From contig NC_068984.1 in NCBI RefSeq assembly GCF_001194135.2, positions 63,656,288 through 63,713,022 of the forward strand: a stretch of DNA of 56,735 nt. The letters are read 5' to 3'. A program made the position numbers and the translations under genes. Positions 49,150 to 56,735 of this stretch are shown here, in pieces. The DNA comes from Octopus bimaculoides (lineage: Eukaryota). The stretch's first letter is position 1, and every line of letters begins with the position of its first letter. Below the pieces are notes generated by a model. It saw nothing but the letters and a program-made list of their open reading frames with translations. It ran no database searches and was not told where the DNA came from.

Positions 49150-52100
49150 CATGCATATATAACGCAGTTCTTTGAACCCACTCGAAATTAGTTTAATAAA
49201 GGATGAACTAATATTGCCTTTTTGATGTAGGATTTTAGTATGAGGCAATCTACGATTATAGTTATTTTCTGTATATGGTGTTCCAACAGAAAGCACTTAA
49301 ATGTTTGATATATTACCCTAATATCTTACATTATACACTTTCAATTATTTTTATATAATCAGAATTTTGTGTTTCAAACAATAGTCTATGTGCATCGAAA
49401 TTATACATCACTCTAATTCTATTTAAATATATGATGTGCTGCTCTCCTTCATAAATATTATATTGGATAATTTCATTTGAATAAGTTTTTTTAATGTGAT
49501 TCTATTTTATCGTTAAATGTCATAGTTAAATGGTTATACAGGAAAGGGGAATCCGCTTAGCTTATGGTGGGAAGCTTTGTAACAATTTAACACAATAAAT
49601 AGTTAATAGGTGCAAAATAGTAAATATACCCATAAATATAGAGACGTAAGTGCTTTCCTGAACGACACATAAATCTTACTTCTCTGAGTTTCGTACAATT
49701 CTTGTGTGTGTATGGGGGTTCAGTGCGTGTGTTTGAGCACGTGTGTGTGAGTGCAAGCTTGTGACTTGTGTATAGAAAACATTTATCTGTGTCATATAAG
49801 AGATCAGAATACTCATTATCAGTTTATCATTGCTTGATGTAATACATCCAAATGATGCAATTCAAATTGTTTGGTATGATCTCGGGTAATTATGCTATTG
49901 TTATTTGAGAACGACCGTCGGATGTTGAATGACATAACTTAGTTATGAATAAACCTTATTCCCTAGTGAGATTATATTAACTGTATAAGCAAACTGACTG
50001 GTCAAGGGACTAATAGGTTTGCCTATACATTTGATATAATCAGTCGCTGATTGCATTAATCTACTTGATTACACTATATTCAACACGGCCAACATACAAG
50101 TATGTATGTATTGTATGTATGTATGTATGTATTTTTGTCTGTATATATGTATGTATGTATTTATGTGCGTGTATGTATATTTGTATATATGTGAAACCAT
50201 CCAACAAGAGAGTTTTTAAATTCTGTGAGCATTCAGAACAAGGTTAACATGCTATCCTATTGATAATATTGTCTCTGTGCAACAAACGAGCTACTATGAG
50301 ATGATTAAAGAACTGAGGCTCTAATCCCTAGAGGGAAAGCGCATGAGATATGTAATATACATATGTGTGTGTGAGTGTGTGTGTGTGTGTCTGTGCGTGC
50401 GCGCGCGCGTGTCTGTGTGTATATATGTATGTATATACGTATAGATGGTGATAGAAAATATAGCTCCAAATTTTGTGATTGAACACTCTTCCAACCATAG
50501 AACTAGATGCTAATGCGTTATGCCAACGAACCTCAACTCACACTCTTGATATATATGTATGTGTCCTTTATTAATATTATGTTTAACCCCACTCTCTTCC
50601 CGATTCAGAAGTAGTGTTGGGTGTTGGTTAGTGATTTGGTAATCGATATCATTAGAATAAGTACCATACTTAAAAAAATTAATACTTCGATTTTGTCGAC
50701 TAAGCCCTTCAAGGAACCGGACGAAGATGGCTGCTTTCCAATGACTAAAACAAGTAATGTATAAACGATAAAAGATACCAAGCCTATATGACATGATTTT
50801 ATGTACAAGCTACCAATTTTATATATATTTCTAGTATTTCCATACATTGAAGTAGTGTTGCCGTGTTCAAATTGAATTAGTTACCACAAGTTTTAGGTGA
50901 TAAAGATGCAATCGTTAATTTCATATAATATGTTATTAAATAATAGAATTATAAATTATTATTTATGGCATATTTGCTTTCTAAATAATGCTATTATTCT
51001 TTCAAATTCTTCATATTACATTGATTGTTTTTGGCATTTGTAATTATGCCAACTCAGAAAATTACTAAAAATTCTAAAAATGTTAAAAGTATACTTTGAA
51101 ATATATGAAAGTGTAAAATATACGGATTTTTTGCTGCTGTCTCATTTATAATTATGTGATAATTCACATTATATTTGCATACCGTTTTACAATATATTGT
51201 ATACCATTTTAATTTACATTTAGTCTAGAAAATAATGCATAATATTTAAGATATTTATTTACCAAATCAAACAATTTATTTACATTCCTTCTCTAATATA
51301 TATACCTAGAACGATTGTAATCGCATATGATTTCACTCTTTTCCATTCTCAAACACTTATACATACTAATGCTATTTTTCGATGATTATCTCAGTTGCAT
51401 ACAAATCTAAAATCATCCATATCACACCAATATGAAAGCATGGGTGTGCATCTGCGTGTGCGCGTGTCTTTGTATGTTTGTATGTGCATGTGCATTCATG
51501 AACGCATGTTTTTATCCACTTCCTTGTTTTTCGATACAATTTTCCGTAAAAACGGTAAGCTCTATGGGTGAAATTTATAATTTGGATAACTATTAAGATA
51601 TTCAATGTTAGCGAAAATCTTGCATATAGAGCAAATCCCCTCTCGATTAAACAGTGAAGATTCAGGAAAGAGATGTTATGTGACTGATAGTTGTAATGCA
51701 GTTTTAATACAAAAAAGAAAATAATATGTAGTGCAGAAACGTTGTCAGTTTGTGACGTTAGAGCGATATGATTAAAACCTTACGATTCCATTCTTCGTGG
51801 CCACAGAGCTTGAACTCACATATCAATTCTAAATTGACACATTTTTATTTACGAAAATCATTCGGCCGTTATTATTTTATTTTATGTTTCATTTAGACAA
51901 TATTTTCAATTATTTTTGGTATTCACTCTTAATTCATAGTTGATTTTTATCAATACATATCTATTGATCGTACATATTCATACCTGTCTGGTTAGTAGAT
52001 TTGTTAGACATATAAGACATAGAACTAACCAAAGGATGCATTTAAAATAGTACATTCTATGGAAAATATTTGGATCACAGCTTCGGATAGAGATTACTGT

Positions 52101-52607
52101 AGTCTTCGATCATGCTGCGCATGAAAGAAACTTCTCTGGCTGTGTTTAACTAATTGTTTGAAAATAAATATATAGAAACACTTTCATCAGAGGCCACTTG
52201 ATCAATACGATAAGAATCGAAACCCATTGGCAATACAGTATCTAAGTGATCTCTTCTGACAATTTGCACATAAGCATCTTCACTAAGTCATAATTCAAAT
52301 TTGCACATTTGATATGCATAAAATATATGAGTATTTCCAACATTGTGGTTGTCGTTATATAAATATTTGTAGGGTGATTTGTTTCAACTAATATATTTAT
52401 AATAAGGGAAAATCTATGAAAGTGAAGGCCTAAAAAATAACAAGTCCAGAGGTAAGGGGTAGAAGATTACATAAAATAAGCATAGAAAATTAGTGTTGAA
52501 AACACTGGTATCAAGATATATAAATTGTTATGAATTCTAGAGAGATAATTAGAATCTATTTGTAGATTAAAGCAGAATGTATGAATTAGAGGAAGATAAT
52601 TATTTAT

Positions 52608-52987
52608 AACAAGCAATGATTCCCGACGTTGCCCGAGTGTTATGACCTACACACAGATTGTATTATTTGCTCCTTTTTTATAGGCAGAATCGGTACTGCT
52701 GATATATTGTTAATGGAATAATGGAAGTTATTGTTTATTTCAAAGTGAAGGGCGACGGTGCAATTTGCCTGAAAGTGCTTTTTCTTCTTAAGAAGGATCA
52801 GAAATTATGTATTGTTTCATCGTACAAAAGGAGGTTAATACGAGTTTGTCCAGAAATCACGTTTTCAATATTTTAATTTGTGCCAATCCCCACCGCAGTT
52901 TCTTAGTTTGTAACTTTTTCGAAATTTTTTCTTTAATAGAGTAGAAAAATACAGAGATTGCGAATCTGGGGAATATATATATTATAG
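52608..52987 (+). mobile_element. Possible non-autonomous Helitron-like element
   Basis: Starts acaagc..cccgacgttgcccgag (cf. ACTAG..CCCGGCGTTGCCCGG starts) and ends tatatatattatag. Recognised from memory only. Confidence 0.3.
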
Positions 52988-53082
52988 TTTAATTGTTCTT
53001 AAAGAAACACTTAATGTCACTTAATCCACCTCGCCAACCCATCACCTATCAGATTTCAAGAAGCTAAAATCTCCGAATCCTG

Positions 53083-54423
53083 CACTTTTGGCTGATGTTT
53101 CCTGCATGCGTAGAATTCTATTGAAATAGGAGACTTAAAAAATACCAGATCAATACCAGAATACCCAACAACAGGCAAACGGCATTATTTCTGAAGAAAC
53201 TTCACCGCTTTACAAAAAGCTAAAAGTGAAACTTTAGGAGGGTGTAGCCTTTCAAAAGTGGTGAGGTGATGGGTAAAATTCTTAAAGACTCGTACTCTCT
53301 GTCTTTTTCTCCATGGATGACTAAGAATATAAATTTGAAAAAAGTAAAAAATTAATTTGGTATGCAGAACGTAATTTGTCGGTGAAATCTTAATCTCCCG
53401 TATCGCAAACATAGGAATCGGAAGAAATTTAGGAAAATAAATAAGTGGTGGGTACGGAAATGTCATCTAGGACATGCTAGACAGAAGAGATAACGGACAG
53501 GATTTCTGGGAAAACTTCCTCGTAAGTTTATATCGAAGATCATGTTTTTAAATACGCTCATCACAAATTATACAATAGGAAAAGATAATTTCAATTGGAT
53601 TTGAGCCGTAAATGTGCGCGTGCACGCTGCAATAAATAACATAATTCGCACAGACGTTTCACCTAGAGTGTGTGTATGTATGTCAAAGGAAGTTATTTTA
53701 TGGCATTCATTCGCTTGAAGAAGCAAAGTTGTCAACTCGACATATACGGGATCATATGATTGATCGCTAATTTCTGTATTTTCTATCTGTATGCGTTGAA
53801 GACAGCAGAAAATGAAAGAGAGGATAAAATGACAACACAGCATTTGTTTTGAAGTAACAGTAGAAAATAAAAGAGAGGATAAAGCGTAAGATGTACATGT
53901 CTATGAAATGGATGTGTGTTTGTGAGATAGAGGGATAAAAAGAGAGACTTAGTGTGTGAGTGAGTGAAGGCATGTGTTGTAATGTATGAAGTTTATGTAT
54001 TTATGTGTAAGTGGCACTTACTCGTTCCCCTTCTCACCCTTTCTCTCTCAAACGCACATTATCTTTCACATATACGTACATAACGGAGGTAAAGAACACG
54101 CACACCAGCCTTTTTCGGCGAAACCCTAATCCCAAACACCAGGGTGCGTATTTTTTACTTTCACCCATAAATACACCTGCATACATCATTTTTGTGCATG
54201 AGAGGGTGAGAGAGAGAGGGTGTGTGTGTATGTTTGTGTGTGTTTGTGCGCGCGTGCGCGTGTGTGAGAGACTGTATTTCGTCATGCCATCTAGAAAAAT
54301 CGATGTCTTTTAATGCGATTGTTTTTGGTTGTGACATATTTTAATACAGTCTTTATGTGTCCATTTTCATAGATGTTTATTTGAGTAGAATTCTACGCAT
54401 GCCTGAACCATCGGACAAAAGTG
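53083..54423. repeat. 38-bp inverted repeat pair (53083-53120 / 54386-54423), possible TIRs of a ~1.35-kb element
   Basis: 33/38 identity, ending in an identical gcatgcgtagaattcta. Confidence 0.6.
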
Positions 54424-54602
54424 AAACATTAGAAGCAAATGGAAATATTGTCCGAATATGACCTCAAAACTGTGCGACCTAACCTGGTTGCCGAGGTTAT
54501 TTTAGTTGAGTCAAAAATATGATTTATTTGGTAGATAGATAATAAGCAGCTTTCTTTATCATAATATAGATGTGAGTAATTTGGAGAAACATTACTTTCA
54601 TT

Positions 54603-54893
54603 GTGCATTATTTACATTGTTTACATTTGACGGATATTTGTCCTCATCTTGTTTGTTGTTAACACAACGTCTCGACTAATATACCCTCCACCCTTCTTCA
54701 TGTGTCTTGGGGGAAATTTCGAACCTGGGTTCCCATTCCTAAGGTATTCTTCTTCTTCTTATTATTATTATTATTTTTATTATTATTATTCAGGTCACTG
54801 CTTGGAATGGAACTCGGAATCTTGGGGTTAATAGCCCGCACTCTTAACCACTACGCCATATGTCAGTTGGCATAAATATAAAACTTAAAACTG
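54603..54893 (-). mobile_element. tRNA-headed SINE-like element with hammerhead-bearing tail (family D), 13-bp TSD
   Basis: Minus strand has A-box TGGCGTAGTGG, a tRNA-like arm gggctattaaccc, B-box GAGTTCCATTCC, an (AAT)n spacer and a tail with HHR remnant. CATTACTTTCATT occurs at both 54590-54602 and 54894-54906. Confidence 0.88.
54661..54706 (-). ncRNA. Decayed minimal type I hammerhead (family D)
   Basis: GACAC-ATGAAGA-A-GGGTG...TTAGTC-GAGA-CG-TT-GTGTT. Stem I is perfect; the core is mutated. Confidence 0.6.
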
Positions 54894-54959
54894 CATTACT
54901 TTCATTATTCACCCATCGTCACTCGTGTAATGTAGCACTTTGTAATCTCGGTTCAAATT

Positions 54960-55420
54960 GAATGTGAAGCTATTTTCCTTTTCTAATGAATCCTGGTCGT
55001 TGTAGAGAAGTCTATTTGAAATAACTAGAGTTGGTCGTTGAGATAACGTAGAAAATTTGTTCTGGTCTTAGCATCAGTTGGTAAGAATAAAGGTTATTTG
55101 ACGACACCTTTTTGTTTGTAATTGGCTATTCTTTTCAGATTCAATTCGTAGAGTATAAAATGATACCCATCTTGTCCCACGATAGAATAAGAGTATACTG
55201 CAGAGTATGATAAGAGAGATGAGTTTGTGAAACACGAATAAGGTTATCTCGACCACAAATGAGAATAACATGGTTTTCATGGGGTTCATCAACCATAAGG
55301 ATGGCTATTTCATTAGATGTGGGCTCCTTAAAACAGCGTAAAATGTTCTTTATTATAGTTTACTATAGACGTAAGGAACGCAAAAACTCACACACACCCA
55401 CTCATAGAATTGATAATACT
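54960..55420 (-). mobile_element. Helitron RepHel fragment (Helitron_like_N region)
   Basis: RCFKEPTSNEIAILMV...GRDNLIRVSQTHLSYHTLQYTLIL..GQDGYH (RFN.PT..EVA...L.RI.E.H..YD.LQYPL.F..G.DG). Confidence 0.82.
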
Positions 55421-56735
55421 GAAAACAGTAAAATGTACACACACGAAGTTCAAGCGAAATGAAATGTAGTCAGTATAGATGCAAAACAAACTAAAAATGG
55501 TAAATCACCAGTTTAGCAAAAGTCACCAACGTAACAAAGTATAGAAAGTCAACATTTATTTGGAATATGTACTAAATGTTAAAGAATTCACAATTAAATA
55601 TCACGGTGAAGAAAGTGAAAGTGCAAGAAAATTCAGAAGGCATAATTCAATTTTTCATGCCAAAATAATCTATTTTACAATTTTGAAACGAACGGTAAAC
55701 CAAGTTGCTGTTGTTGTGAACGTTAATTTAAGATATTTGCTGAAGGATGTACGTAGCAAGATATAAATTAATTTGACATTACTGTATATTTTTTAACTGT
55801 GTAAAATTATAGGCTGTAGAATAAATACTGACTAACGCAGTAAAATGATTCTGCGACGTTGATACTTACAGTGATGAAGAAGCTTAGGGGAAATGTAAAA
55901 ATTATCTTGAAACTGTTTCCGAATTTGTTATAATAACCAAAATAACATTTATTTTTTCAGATATATTTGAGAGCATTGTGAGTGGTGTTAAATCAACCAA
56001 ATATTTACGTTGGTTGTACTTGAAAGTGATCGTTGTTATTCGTTTAAAATTCAGGTTTCAACTAAACTTTCAATATCGGTGCGTTTGAGTGTTTGGCGGG
56101 AGAAAGTTACATACGTAAAGTAAGATACACAGACACACATACATGCGTTAACGCAAACTTGAAGCCTGTCATTGTCCCAATGTGTGTCGCCATAAAAATG
56201 TATGTATACTGACAGATACATATACCGTCACACACATAGACTTGTCATACATTGGCCTAACGTAGGTAACACTCATATAGAAAATGTGACGTCATAGTCG
56301 TTGTGTGGTGAAATAAAATGTCGTTTACGATAGGTAACTAAAAGAGAAATGACAATGTTAATTTTTTGTAATGCAAATACGCGAATGAATATAGTTTAGT
56401 TGGTAGCCACTGAATCTTTTGAAATCTCATACGTCAAAATCGGAAGCTCGGCTTTGGACTGCATAAAGAACATACGCACACACACACACGCGCACACACA
56501 CACATACACACACACACACACACACACTCACAGTCACACACACAAACTATCTTTTATCCATATAGATAAACACTGATCTCTTCTGCTTTATACAAATGAG
56601 CATAGAGAAATAATGGATAAAAAGTATCAAAGACGGTATAATCAGATAACGTATTGTGATCAGGAGTGGTTTGAAATGGATAAACCAAATAGTGTGACTC
56701 TGTGATAACGTCTGATAAAAATGCACATTTCAAAA

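Noticed and set aside
50315-50345. ctgagg-ctcta-atccc-tagag-ggaaa HHR-like motif
   Set aside because: The core is incomplete, with no UH site or stem I complementarity.
54791-54872. tRNA gene (Ser-like)
   Set aside because: It has A/B boxes and one arm but no acceptor stem closure and runs into a SINE body; treated as a SINE head.
1-56735. CRISPR array, rRNA or prokaryotic operon
   Set aside because: There is no regularly spaced repeat-spacer structure, and the composition and repeats are those of an animal genome.

Overview
AT-rich eukaryotic (animal) non-genic DNA, with 14 assembly gaps (~5.8 kb of N) and dense microsatellites. The SINE and transposon families resemble those I recall from Octopus/cephalopod genomes; this is an inference, not a database result. 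I found no host protein-coding exon, rRNA, intact tRNA or CRISPR array that I can support, and the ORF track is almost entirely N-filled, microsatellite-derived or antisense to transposons. The identifiable content is decayed mobile DNA: Penelope-like retroelement (PLE) fragments, two copies of one mariner family plus a second mariner family, a Gypsy integrase with PPT and 3' LTR, R4/Dong-like and RTE-like LINE pieces, several Helitron RepHel pieces, tRNA-derived SINEs and fold-back MITEs. The most interesting signal is at the RNA level. At least four unrelated families of minimal type I hammerhead ribozyme (HHR) motifs occur, each as two copies. They include a ~334-nt tandem HHR-delimited retrozyme-like unit (36484-37051) and a tRNA-headed, Pol III-type SINE carrying an HHR in its tail and flanked by a 13-bp target-site duplication (54603-54893), with a sister copy whose catalytic core is intact (39601-39646). 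All family assignments come from reading motifs by eye.
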